Below, one piece after another: positions 1 to 10,950 of a stretch of DNA of 64,000 nt. The position numbers and the translations under genes were made by a program. Each line of letters starts with the position of its first letter. The stretch's first letter is position 1. The stretch is from Verrucomicrobiales bacterium (lineage in GTDB: Bacteria > Verrucomicrobiota > Verrucomicrobiia > Verrucomicrobiales > SLCJ01), in assembly GCA_046075565.1 (NCBI GenBank), contig JBJTQJ010000025.1, positions 32,001 to 96,000 of the forward strand. Direction: 5' to 3'. The notes under the pieces are model-generated. The model saw only the letters and a program-made list of their open reading frames with translations, was not told the DNA's origin and did no database searches.

Positions 1-89
1 TGACCTTTATTTCCACCGGTGGCGGCGCATCGCTCGAACTGCTGGAAGGCCAGGAACTGCCCGGTGTGGCCGCCCTGTCCGAGAAGTGA
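1..89 (+). CDS. pgk: Phosphoglycerate kinase, 3' end only (partial)
   Basis: Frame from nt 3 reads TFISTGGGASLELLEGQELPGVAALSEK*, the conserved PGK C-terminus; directly upstream of tpiA. Confidence 0.93.
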   Translation, partial: TFISTGGGASLELLEGQELPGVAALSEK

Positions 90-138
90 TCCCGATTCCG
101 AGTTTCTAACAACGCACAACACACTGATCCATCCGCCA

Positions 139-921
139 ATGTCCCGCAAACCCATCATCGCCGCCAACTGGAAAATGCACATGACCCCGCTGGAAAGCGG
201 TGAGTTTCTCCGTCCGTTCCTCCGCCACTTCGCCAACCGCGAGGAGTATCCTGTGGAAGTGGTTATTTGCCCTCCCTTCGTTTCGCTTGCGGCAGCGGGC
301 GATTTGATTCGGGAAAGCCCCGTCGTCGAGTTGGGCGCGCAGAACATGTCGGCGGAGCCCGCCGGAGCCTACACCGGCGAAATCAGCGCGAAGATGCTGA
401 AGGAACTCAGCAGCAATTTTGTCATTCTCGGCCACAGCGAGCGCCGCCAACTTTTCGGAGAAACCGACGAGGGAATCAACCGCAAGATCCTCGCGGCCCT
501 GAGCGCGCGTATCAGGCCCATCTTCTGCGTCGGTGAAACCCTCGAGGAACGCGAAGGCGGCAAACTCGAGGAGGTTCTCCACCGCCAGATCACCAAAGGA
601 CTCGAAGGCGTGGGCCCGACGAAAGTCGAAGATATTGTTATCGCCTACGAGCCGGTTTGGGCCATTGGCACCGGACGCACGGCCACCGCCGAAATCGCGC
701 AAGAAACCCATGCCTACATCCGCAAGGTGCTGGGCGAAGTTTACGGCGAAAGCCAGGCCGCCAAGGTGCGCATCCAATACGGTGGCAGCGTCAAACCGAA
801 CAATGCCGCTGAATTGCTCGCCCAACCTGACATCGACGGCGCGCTTGTCGGTGGAGCCAGCTTGGAAGTCCAGGGCTTCTATGAGATCATCCGCAACGTG
901 GTGGAAGCCATGCCGCGTTGA
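139..921 (+). CDS. tpiA: Triosephosphate isomerase
   Basis: MSRKPIIAANWKM, GHSERR, IAYEPVWAIGTG, QYGGSVKP and GALVGGASL motifs; ATG at 139 preferred over ORF start 19. Confidence 0.97.
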   Translation: MSRKPIIAANWKMHMTPLESGEFLRPFLRHFANREEYPVEVVICPPFVSLAAAGDLIRESPVVELGAQNMSAEPAGAYTGEISAKMLKELSSNFVILGHSERRQLFGETDEGINRKILAALSARIRPIFCVGETLEEREGGKLEEVLHRQITKGLEGVGPTKVEDIVIAYEPVWAIGTGRTATAEIAQETHAYIRKVLGEVYGESQAAKVRIQYGGSVKPNNAAELLAQPDIDGALVGGASLEVQGFYEIIRNVVEAMPR

Positions 922-992
922 TCCGGCAAAGTCGCCCGAAGGCTGGAAAATTCTCGCCACGATCGATGGTTCGCGTGTAGGATGAGCCTGCC

Positions 993-2426
993 GTGAAACC
1001 GGAAAACGTTTATCAGATCCTGCTCGTGCGTGCGGTCGAGGAAGACGACCCCCGCGGGGATCGCCTGCCCTTCCCTTCGCGTGAGGATGCGGCCCGGCGC
1101 GCGGGAGAAGGTTATGAACCCTCCGACCCCGGCCCGGAGACGGCCCTTCGTGGAAAGGATTGGAACTTCCTTGCGCTTCGCGCGGCCTATTTGGCCTCGC
1201 CCGCGGCGGGCATCGCCAAGGTCTCCCCGAATCCGCCTTCGTTGCGCGGAGCCGCCATCTTCGGCCTCGTGGCGGCCGTCTTGCTCGGAGCGGCCAGCCA
1301 TACCGCCGGCCTCGCCCATCACTTTCATCTCTTCGCCGGGCCATTTCTCTTCGTGTTGATCTGGAACCTGTTGGTTGTCGGCTTCTTGATCTTCCGCTTG
1401 TTTCTGCCGAAGCACGCGGGCGCGAAACCATCATGGATGCTCCGCAGTTTGGAATGGTGGCAGGAGCTGCGGGCTGGCAGCCGCGATACCCCCGCCACTT
1501 CGCGGGCATTTCTCGCCCGCTGGCTGGAAACCACTTCCCCTGCGTTCACCGCCAAATTCGCCGCCTTCCTGCACGCCGCCAGCATTGCCTTTGCGCTCGG
1601 TCTGGTTGCCTGCGTTTACATCCGTGGTTTGTCTTCCCAATATGCGGCCGGATGGGAGAGCACATGGCTGGAAGCGAAACACGTGCGGCAGGTTCTCGGC
1701 ACGGTGCTTTATCCCGCCTCTTCCCTCACCGGCATTCCTTTACCGTCGGACAATCAGGAATGGGAAGCGCTGCGCTTCTCCCGCGCCGGAACCGGCGTGC
1801 CGGCCGGAAACTGGATCCACCTGCACGCGGTCACGTTGGGACTGTTCGCGATTCTTCCGCGGATGGCATTCGGATTGTTAGCATGGTTCAAAGGGATCCG
1901 GCTTGGACGCAAACCCCCGCCATGGAAACCGGGTGATGGATACGCCCGCCGTTTGCTCAGGGGATCCATCCTCGGGGGCACACTCGTCGGGGTTGTTCCC
2001 TATGGATTCAAAAGCACCGCCATTTTGACCAACGGAAGATACAAGGATGCCATCGCTCGTCTCTTGGCGGAAGTATGGGGGCGAGACGCCATCACGAGAT
2101 GGGAAGAACCGATTCTCTACGGCGGGGAAATCCCGAATCCCGACTCAGGCGCCACCACTTCGGGAATTCTCATTTTGTTCGATATCCGCGCCACTCCCGA
2201 AAGCGAAGTGCATGGCCAAGCCCTTGCCTCGGCACGCGAACTCTACCAAGGCCATTCGATGCTCGCTGCCATCGAGACCGCCGAATTCCCCGAGGAACGT
2301 CTCGACACGCGCCTCGCCGCCTGGACGGAAATGACACGCCAACTCGGCATTCAGCTTGTCGTCCTCGACGAAGGCATGCCCGTTGATAGCTGTCGTCCGC
2401 CCTCCGATTCTCTTATTCAACTATAG
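993..2426 (+). CDS. DUF2868-like multi-pass membrane protein
   Basis: Several hydrophobic segments; Y-x-AGWESTWL, ILPR and ATPESEVHG motifs; 5 nt upstream of a GTPase/DUF3482 gene, the usual partner. Confidence 0.75.
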   Translation: MKPENVYQILLVRAVEEDDPRGDRLPFPSREDAARRAGEGYEPSDPGPETALRGKDWNFLALRAAYLASPAAGIAKVSPNPPSLRGAAIFGLVAAVLLGAASHTAGLAHHFHLFAGPFLFVLIWNLLVVGFLIFRLFLPKHAGAKPSWMLRSLEWWQELRAGSRDTPATSRAFLARWLETTSPAFTAKFAAFLHAASIAFALGLVACVYIRGLSSQYAAGWESTWLEAKHVRQVLGTVLYPASSLTGIPLPSDNQEWEALRFSRAGTGVPAGNWIHLHAVTLGLFAILPRMAFGLLAWFKGIRLGRKPPPWKPGDGYARRLLRGSILGGTLVGVVPYGFKSTAILTNGRYKDAIARLLAEVWGRDAITRWEEPILYGGEIPNPDSGATTSGILILFDIRATPESEVHGQALASARELYQGHSMLAAIETAEFPEERLDTRLAAWTEMTRQLGIQLVVLDEGMPVDSCRPPSDSLIQL

Positions 2427-2431
2427 ACTTC

Positions 2432-3871
2432 ATGGAACGCATCGCCATCAGTTTGGCCGGGCATACCAACCTCGGAAAAACCACCCTTGCCCGCACCTTG
2501 TTGCGGCGCGACATCGGGGTCGTCGAGGATCGTCCGCATGTCACGGACCTCGCCGATGGCCACCGCCTTGCGGGGGATGCCGCCACCGAGATCCTGCTCT
2601 GGGATTTGCCCGGCTTCGGCGATTCGGTCAAGCTGCGCCAGCGCTTGGAAAAGACCGGATTTCTCGGCTGGCTTGCCCAGACTTTTGATCGTTTCCGCGA
2701 CCGGCCGCTCTGGTGCGCGCAGCAGTCGTTGAAGAATGCACGCGAACAAGCCGACATCGTGCTCTATCTCGCCGACGCACAGGCCGATCCATTTGTCAGC
2801 CCCGAAGTGCCCGCCGAACTCGCGGCCCTCGCCTGGACCGGCAAACCCATCGTAATTGTGCTCAACCAAGCCGGGCTCCCCGATACCGCCCGCGACGAGG
2901 CCTTGGTTGCGCGATGGACGGAAGCCATGGGCCGAGAACATCCGCCCGCGGGTGTCGTCGTGCTCGATGGTTGGTCGCGTTGCTGGGTGCAGGAGATCCA
3001 ATTTTTGCGCTCTCTGGAAGAGCATCTGCCTGAAACCAAACGATCTGCCTACCGTCGCGTGCTTGATGTTTGGGTCGAAGAAACCCACCACGCCGCGTTC
3101 CGTGAATCGGTGGAACACCTCGCCCGCAGCCTCGCCGGGTTGGCCCGCGACCGGGTCGCTGTCGAGGAGAGTTGGCTCGATATTCTCATGGCGAAAACCC
3201 AACGAAGGAGCACGCCGCAGACCGAGGAAGCGCGCGAACAACTCGCGCAGACACTCGTCGAACGCTCCCGCGCCGATATGGAAAAACTGCTTGCCATCCA
3301 TGGACTCGAAGGTGTGCCCCGCGAACGCGTCGAGTCGGTCATCGAAGGATTACGGGCCAAGGTTCCGGGTGCACCTCCGGAATTCTGGGCGGTGCTGGGT
3401 GGTGTTGGCACGGGCGCGCTCGGCGGACTTGCCGCCGATTTCAGTGCCGGTGGCCTGACCTTTGGCGGCGGTGCCGTGCTCGGTGCCATTCTCGGTGGAC
3501 TCGGGGCCTATGCCCTCGGCCAAGGCTACCGGAAATTGAAACGCGACGGACAGACGGTGGTCGAGTGGGATCCCGAATTCAAACTCGACGAGTGGCGCGC
3601 CGCCGCCATGCGTTACCTGCTCGTCGCCCACCTCGGTCGCGGACGCGGCCAATGGCAGGAACCATTGCCCCAGGAACAACCCTCGCTTTGGAAAGAAAAA
3701 ATCGACGATTGGATGGCTCGCCACAAAGCCGAGATCGAAGCCGCTCTCGAACCAGAAAAAACCGACGAAGGAAAAATCGCCGTGCTGCTCACCTGGATGT
3801 TGGATGACATCCTCGCCTCCCTCTATCCCGGGTGGAAGGAACCCGCGCGGGCGCGGGTGAGCATTGATTGA
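2432..3871 (+). CDS. GTPase / DUF3482 domain protein
   Basis: G1 GHTNLGKTT, G3 WDLPGFGD, G4-like VLNQ; C-terminal Gly-rich hydrophobic hairpin (GALGGLAADFSAGGLTFGGGAVLGAILGGLG); HLGRGRG motif. Confidence 0.8.
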   Translation: MERIAISLAGHTNLGKTTLARTLLRRDIGVVEDRPHVTDLADGHRLAGDAATEILLWDLPGFGDSVKLRQRLEKTGFLGWLAQTFDRFRDRPLWCAQQSLKNAREQADIVLYLADAQADPFVSPEVPAELAALAWTGKPIVIVLNQAGLPDTARDEALVARWTEAMGREHPPAGVVVLDGWSRCWVQEIQFLRSLEEHLPETKRSAYRRVLDVWVEETHHAAFRESVEHLARSLAGLARDRVAVEESWLDILMAKTQRRSTPQTEEAREQLAQTLVERSRADMEKLLAIHGLEGVPRERVESVIEGLRAKVPGAPPEFWAVLGGVGTGALGGLAADFSAGGLTFGGGAVLGAILGGLGAYALGQGYRKLKRDGQTVVEWDPEFKLDEWRAAAMRYLLVAHLGRGRGQWQEPLPQEQPSLWKEKIDDWMARHKAEIEAALEPEKTDEGKIAVLLTWMLDDILASLYPGWKEPARARVSID

Positions 3872-3875
3872 ACCA

Positions 3876-4848
3876 TCAACCCTTCTTCCAAGTTCCCGTC
3901 CGTGCGCTCTGGAGGGCCTGCACCCAGTCGGCTTCCAACCTCGGATAAAGCCGACCCATTCGGTGCTGCGTGCCGAAAGGCTGAAGGTGCCGGCCGTCGG
4001 GTTGATTTCGAGGAACGTGAAGAGCGCATCGCGGTAGGGAGCGGTGTAGGAAAGTTGGCGGTAGCGCTGGTGGATTTCCTCGCTGTATCGCTGGCGCTTG
4101 TAGTTGCTGCCCACCCAGTAGTAGGAAGCCGAATTGATATGAATGTAGGGAATCCCATCGATCTCACGGGCATGATCGAGATGGAAATGTCCATTCAGGC
4201 AGGCCGCGATCTTCCGCGTGCCATCGGCAAATCGCGCGGCGGCGATGATGGCGCGCGCCTTCTCCTGCGAGCGGATGCAGATCGGTCGCTCCAGGCTCTG
4301 ATGGGAAAAAATGAAGACGTTTTTTTCGCCATGGCGAGTTCGGCTTCGATCCAGACCAGTTGGTCGTCCGCGATGTTGCTCGGATATCCGCCCCGGCCAT
4401 CGGCCGCGCCATCGTTGCCATCCAGCACCATTCCCATCACCGATCCGAGATCCATGGTGTAGTAGCGCCCCGGCATTTTGTGGAAAGCCACCACGTGATC
4501 GCGGGTATAGCCTTCGTCCATCTCATGGTTTCAGATGATATGGTATCTCGGGCGAGGGAAGGCCTCGAACAAATCGGCAAAGGCGCGGTTCTCCGGTTTG
4601 GGAATACAAAAGTCACCCATTTCGAGGATCGCATCGGCCTTCTGTTTTTCGGCCTCGGCCAAGAAGACCTTCAAGCGATCGGAAGCGTCGTGGATCACAT
4701 CCTGATGGACATCGGTGATGATGCCCAGTTTGAAGGATGAACCCTCGGCACCGCGCACCGGACCACCGGGCAACAACCAGGTGGCAAGGGCGGCCCCACC
4801 GCAGGCGGCGAATCGACGGCGGTTGATGGAATTGGCTGGCTTCGTCAT
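3876..4848 (-). pseudogene. Disrupted Tat-exported calcineurin-like metallophosphoesterase
   Basis: RRRF Tat signal, DVH and GD motifs; GNHE motif reads *NHE (TGA at 4531-4533); frameshift at A7 tract 4320-4326 before VFIFSHQ...NGHFH; 3' end appears lost near 3950. Confidence 0.85.
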
Positions 4849-4951
4849 AGAGCTTTTTGACTCCCGTGGATACCTTAAGGAGCCGGTGGATGTTTCAATC
4901 TTTCCCCGAGGGCCCTGTGACTGAACCAGCGCCCACCGTTGTTTTGTGCGC

Positions 4952-4980
4952 TTGCCGCTGCCCTGATTACAAAGTAGTAT
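4952..4980 (+). promoter_or_regulatory. Putative sigma70 promoter of the S8 protease gene
   Basis: TTGCCG-N17-TAGTAT, 20 nt before ATG 5001. Confidence 0.55.
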
Positions 4981-5000
4981 TCCCGCTCAAACCTCTCCGA

Positions 5001-8000
5001 ATGAACCGCCTCTTCCTCCTCCTTTTGGCCGCCCTTTTGGCAACGGCGCTTTATTTCGGACAGACCTCCGGTTCGTCCGGCTTTGGAAATGTCGCTCCCA
5101 GTGGCGATGGGACCAACCCGGAGGGAGCAACGCCCGCCACACCCGAGGCCAGAGCTGCCGAAACCCGACCTGTTTTGGCAGAACCCACCAACCAAACGGC
5201 CCCTGTCGAAGAGCGCGCCGGAACGAAAGAAATCCCGGTCTCAGCGGCCCGTGAACGAGACCAGGCAGGAAAACCGGTTCCGCTTATGCCTGTCCGCTTC
5301 TCCTTTGGCGACCGTCCCGGCGCGCCAGAACTCGCCTTGGCCATGGATGAATATGTCCGCCGGGAGGAAGATGGCAGCCAACACTTGGAAAAGCTCGATC
5401 CCCCCGCGACTCCGGAGACCATGGCCGGACGGCTTGCCGCCATCGGCAACGGCAACACCATCATGCCGGTCGCTTATCCGGTCGAGGGCCCGAAGACGAC
5501 AGCTACCCGACGGCTTGTCACACCGGACATCCGGCTCCAGGCGACTGATGCGGCCACGACCAACCTCTCCGCCAAATACCAACTGCAGAGATTGTCCAGT
5601 CCCGCTCTCACCGGCGACGAAAGGTTGCTGCGGGCCCACGACCCGCTTACCGCACTATCCATCACCGGTGAACTGCGCGAGGAAGGCAAAGACGCCCGTG
5701 TTGTTCTCGCGGCCACACGTTTCAAGCGTGCCCTGCCCAACGACCCGCTCGTCACCAACCAATGGCACATCAAAAAAATCGCTGCTTCTACCGCGGGCAC
5801 GGATGTGAATATCGAATCGGCGTGGAATTATCCTGGCACCGGGATCCGCGGCACCGGTGTGCGCATCGGGATCGTGGATGATGGGGTCCAGACCGGCCAC
5901 CCCGACTTCGTCGGAAACATCGACACGACCAATGACAAAGATTGGGTCGGCAATGACAATGATCCCAATCCCGAAACGGGAGACGACCATGGAACGGCCT
6001 GTGCCGGCAATGCCGCCGCACGGGGCAACAACTCCATCGGGGTCACGGGCACCGCCCCCGAGGCCACCATTGTCGGACTCCGCCTCCTCGGTGCCTCCAC
6101 CACGGATATTCAGGAAGCCGAAGCGATGTTGCATCGGAATGACATCATCTCGATCAAGAGCAACAGTTGGGGTCCGGCAGATGATGGTTTGACGCTTGAA
6201 GCCCCGGGCCCCGATACCCTCGCGGCATTCCAAACCGCCACGACCAGCGGGCGCGGCGGACGAGGGACCATCTTGGTTTTCTCCGCAGGCAACGGAGGAC
6301 TGGAAGGCGACAACTCGAACAAGGACGGTTACGCGAATTCGATTTACACCATTGCCGTGGGAGCCATCAACAGCCAAGGCATCTATTCGGGCTACAGCGA
6401 ACGTGGAGCCAATCTCGCGGTCTGCGCGCCATCAGATGATGACGCGACAACCCTCGCCATCACCACCACCGACCGCACGGGCGCCAATGGATATAACACG
6501 GCGGCATCGGCGAGCGGAGGTGATTACACCACCAACAACGAAGCAACGGGCTTCGGCGGCACCTCTTCGTCCGCGCCGACGGTCGCTGGGATTATTGCTC
6601 TTATGCTCCAGCAAAACCCGAATCTCGGCTGGCGCGACGTGAAAGAAATCCTCATGCGATCGGCGGTGAAGATCGACCCGACCGACGGGGAGTGGATCAT
6701 CAATGCTTCGGGGATGCGCTTCAACCACAACTATGGAGCCGGACTTGTCGATGCCTCGGCTGCCGTTGCCCTTGCCGCCGCATGGACGAATCTCGGCACG
6801 GCCACCAGCACCGTGTCCAGTCAAACCAGTCTCTCTGTCGCCATTCCCGACAACAACTCCACAGGCATCACCCGCACCTTCAATCTTTCCTCCACCAGCC
6901 TGCGTGTCGAACACGTCACCTTGAAACTGAACATCAACCATACGGCCCGCGGTGACCTCGACCTCCGCCTGATCTCACCTTCCGGAACCGAAAGTCAACT
7001 CGCCGAAGTTCATGGTGATGCTGGAGCCAACTACGCGAACTGGACATTTTCCACGGTCCGTAACTGGGGCGAGGCCTCCACCGGGACATGGACACTGAGG
7101 ATCTCGGATCGTTCCGCTACCAACATTGGCACTCTCACCTCCGCCGTGCTCACGGTGTATGGATCCAATGGCAACCTGCCGCCGAAAATCACCGCCGCTT
7201 CCCTATCCGCCACCGGCAATGCCTTTGCCGATCAAGCCCTGAGTGTCGCGTCGATCACGGCCACGGACCCTGAGAATTCGCCTCTCACCTACGCTTACCG
7301 GTGGGAATCCAGCACCGATGGCGTGACCTACGCCGCAAACGGACCAACCACCGCTTCTCTTCCTGCGAACGCCGCCAATGCCGCCAAACTCTGGCGTTGT
7401 CTCATCACCCCTTCGGATGGCTCGGCCATCGGCGCACCCTTCACCACAGCAGCGGTCAACCTCTTGGCCCGTCCGCCGGCCTCTGCCAAACCGGGCGCCG
7501 CTTTCATCTACACCAGTGGCCTCGTGCTCCGCGCCGCCACAGCAGCGGCACCTCGCCCGGCGATCATCAATGAATTCAGCCAAGGGCCAAGCGGAGGGAG
7601 CAGCGAATGGATCGAAATTCTGACCCTCGAGCCAACCAGCCTCGCCTTCTGGGATCTGACCGAAAGCAACGGACAAACTCTCGTCTTCGCCGATTCCCCG
7701 GTCTGGGATGATTTACCGGCCGGCACCTTGATCGTTGTTTATAACGGTGGAGCAACCAAGGCCCCGGTTCTTCCCGCCGATGACTTCGATCCCGCCGACG
7801 GCAAGATGGTAATCTCCAGCACCAACGCCACCTATTTCGATAACACTTACAACACCTGGATTTCTCTCGGCAATACCGGCGGTGACGCCATCAACCTCAA
7901 TGACTCCAGTGGGGTTCAGGTTGATTCGATATCTTATGGCACCAACACCACCGGCACGCCCCAGTTGGCTATTGTCGGGTCCGCGAAATCGGCCCAGTTC

Positions 8001-8705
8001 AACGGGAATACTTCGGCCGCTGCCGACTTGCTGGCGAACTGGACTGTCGTCAATGAAAACACCGCCACACCCGGCCAGCCGAATGGCGGTGCGAACACCA
8101 CGTGGGTCAACTCCCTGCGCTTGCCGCCAATCGCTCCTTTCCGCATCGGCGCCGGCTCCAACGTTCCTTCCGCACTCAGCCTCAACACGACCACCGGTGT
8201 GCTCTCCGGCACCATCGGTTCCGGGGTAACGCTAGGGAATTACCTCATTATCATCGAACGCACGAATGATCTCGGCGAGATTGTATCCCAATCCTTTACA
8301 TTGGAGATCACCAACGCGAATACTTATGCCCAATGGATTGCCGGGTATCCCGGACTCGCCAGCACGAACGAAACCGCCGATCCAGAAAAAGACGGTCTGC
8401 CGAATCTGGTGGAATTCTTGCTCCATAACCAGCATCCTGGTGTATCCGACTCCGGTTCGGCCGTGACTCTTTCCAGTTCTGGCGGACAACTCCGCCTCAC
8501 GTGGCGCGAATCAAAAAATACCGTGGGGGCGGTTCTTGAGCCGCAGTGGTCGCCGGACCTCAAAGCCACGACCTGGCAAACGACTGGCATCACCCTCCAG
8601 ACCTTGGAGGACCTGTCGACCAACCGGCTTCGCCAAGCGAGCTTGCCCATCGATCCTGTTTTCCCAAAACGCTTCCTCCGGTTGCGCGCACGGACTACGC
8701 CGTAG
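5001..8705 (+). CDS. Secreted S8 (kexin/furin-like) serine protease with P domain, lamin-tail-like and Ig-like domains
   Basis: Signal MNRLFLLLLAALLA; catalytic IVDDG, HGTACAG, GNGG and GTSSSAP; P domain (VEHVTLKLNINHTARGDL...WGEASTGTWTL); IINEF...EWIEI lamin-tail start; C-terminal ADPEKDGLPNLVEF...FLRLR domain. Confidence 0.9.
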   Translation: MNRLFLLLLAALLATALYFGQTSGSSGFGNVAPSGDGTNPEGATPATPEARAAETRPVLAEPTNQTAPVEERAGTKEIPVSAARERDQAGKPVPLMPVRFSFGDRPGAPELALAMDEYVRREEDGSQHLEKLDPPATPETMAGRLAAIGNGNTIMPVAYPVEGPKTTATRRLVTPDIRLQATDAATTNLSAKYQLQRLSSPALTGDERLLRAHDPLTALSITGELREEGKDARVVLAATRFKRALPNDPLVTNQWHIKKIAASTAGTDVNIESAWNYPGTGIRGTGVRIGIVDDGVQTGHPDFVGNIDTTNDKDWVGNDNDPNPETGDDHGTACAGNAAARGNNSIGVTGTAPEATIVGLRLLGASTTDIQEAEAMLHRNDIISIKSNSWGPADDGLTLEAPGPDTLAAFQTATTSGRGGRGTILVFSAGNGGLEGDNSNKDGYANSIYTIAVGAINSQGIYSGYSERGANLAVCAPSDDDATTLAITTTDRTGANGYNTAASASGGDYTTNNEATGFGGTSSSAPTVAGIIALMLQQNPNLGWRDVKEILMRSAVKIDPTDGEWIINASGMRFNHNYGAGLVDASAAVALAAAWTNLGTATSTVSSQTSLSVAIPDNNSTGITRTFNLSSTSLRVEHVTLKLNINHTARGDLDLRLISPSGTESQLAEVHGDAGANYANWTFSTVRNWGEASTGTWTLRISDRSATNIGTLTSAVLTVYGSNGNLPPKITAASLSATGNAFADQALSVASITATDPENSPLTYAYRWESSTDGVTYAANGPTTASLPANAANAAKLWRCLITPSDGSAIGAPFTTAAVNLLARPPASAKPGAAFIYTSGLVLRAATAAAPRPAIINEFSQGPSGGSSEWIEILTLEPTSLAFWDLTESNGQTLVFADSPVWDDLPAGTLIVVYNGGATKAPVLPADDFDPADGKMVISSTNATYFDNTYNTWISLGNTGGDAINLNDSSGVQVDSISYGTNTTGTPQLAIVGSAKSAQFNGNTSAAADLLANWTVVNENTATPGQPNGGANTTWVNSLRLPPIAPFRIGAGSNVPSALSLNTTTGVLSGTIGSGVTLGNYLIIIERTNDLGEIVSQSFTLEITNANTYAQWIAGYPGLASTNETADPEKDGLPNLVEFLLHNQHPGVSDSGSAVTLSSSGGQLRLTWRESKNTVGAVLEPQWSPDLKATTWQTTGITLQTLEDLSTNRLRQASLPIDPVFPKRFLRLRARTTP

Positions 8706-8864
8706 GCTTGCAAGAGAATTGGAACCACCCGGGCGTCGCGAATGGTCAAGGTGTTGGAAGTCCGGTCCTCAGTAACCCGGCAAACGTGTTTGCACAGTGC
8801 CCGCTTAGGACTGCGCCGACAACCTGTCGGCTATAGCCCGAAGGGCGAATCGGGAAAAAGTTTC

Positions 8865-8889
8865 CGGCGGTCACAGACGCACCGCTACA
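8865..8889 (-). repeat. GTAG-type REP-like palindrome
   Basis: Minus strand TGTAGCGGTGCGTCTGTGACCGCCG: GTAG followed by an imperfect hairpin; between convergent genes. Confidence 0.55.
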
Positions 8890-8913
8890 ATGTTGGCTTG
8901 GGCCGTGGCCATG

Positions 8914-9028
8914 TTGGAGTGCGCCGGCAGAGGCAGCGTCAGCGACCATCGACGGCGCTTTCCGGGGGAGAGACGTCCCTTCACCAAAGCGGTGTGGCGT
9001 TCGTCCCTCACTTCCCACCGCACTCCCA
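8914..9028. repeat. GGAG-type REP/REPIN-like inverted repeat element
   Basis: GGAGTGCG...CGCACTCC terminal inverted repeats with an internal CGCTTT/AAAGCG pair. Confidence 0.55.
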
Positions 9029-9063
9029 CACCTGCGCTTGTCCTTCCCCTCCGCTGCCCCGCC

Positions 9064-9462
9064 TTAGCGGCGGCGGCGCTTGAGGTCGAGTTTTGCCAGG
9101 CTCTTGGCGAGGACGGCGCGCACGGCGGCTTCTTCTTCCGGCGTATGGTCGGCCTCGGCGAGGGCTTTCTTGGCCCGGGCGATGGCTTGTTCTTCCAAAT
9201 TCTCGTCGATTTCGCGTTCGCGGGCCGCCATGTCGGTGAGCACGATCACATTCATCTGCGTGACTTCGATGAAGCCCTCGCCAACGACGAGGTAGTGCTC
9301 GGCTCCCGCGTGTTTGTAGGAGAGTTCACCGGGCTGGAGCAAGGTCACGAGGTTGGCGTGTTTCGGCAACACGCCGAGTTGACCGTCGATTCCCGGAAGA
9401 ACAACCCCATCAATGGGTCCGGAAAAAACGAGGCTCTCGGGAGTGACAATGCTCAGCTTCAT
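9064..9462 (-). CDS. atpC: ATP synthase F1 epsilon
   Basis: LSIVTPE, GQLGVLPKHA; last gene of the atp operon. Confidence 0.95.
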   Translation of the reverse strand: MKLSIVTPESLVFSGPIDGVVLPGIDGQLGVLPKHANLVTLLQPGELSYKHAGAEHYLVVGEGFIEVTQMNVIVLTDMAAREREIDENLEEQAIARAKKALAEADHTPEEEAAVRAVLAKSLAKLDLKRRRR

Positions 9463-9492
9463 GGCGATAGCGGGGAATGCGGGCGGACTCGA

Positions 9493-10950
<1,458 letters not shown>

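Noticed and set aside
3350-3875. Extension of the 254-aa minus ORF into the GTPase gene
   Set aside because: Only its first ~55 codons belong to the phosphoesterase pseudogene; the rest is run-on antisense
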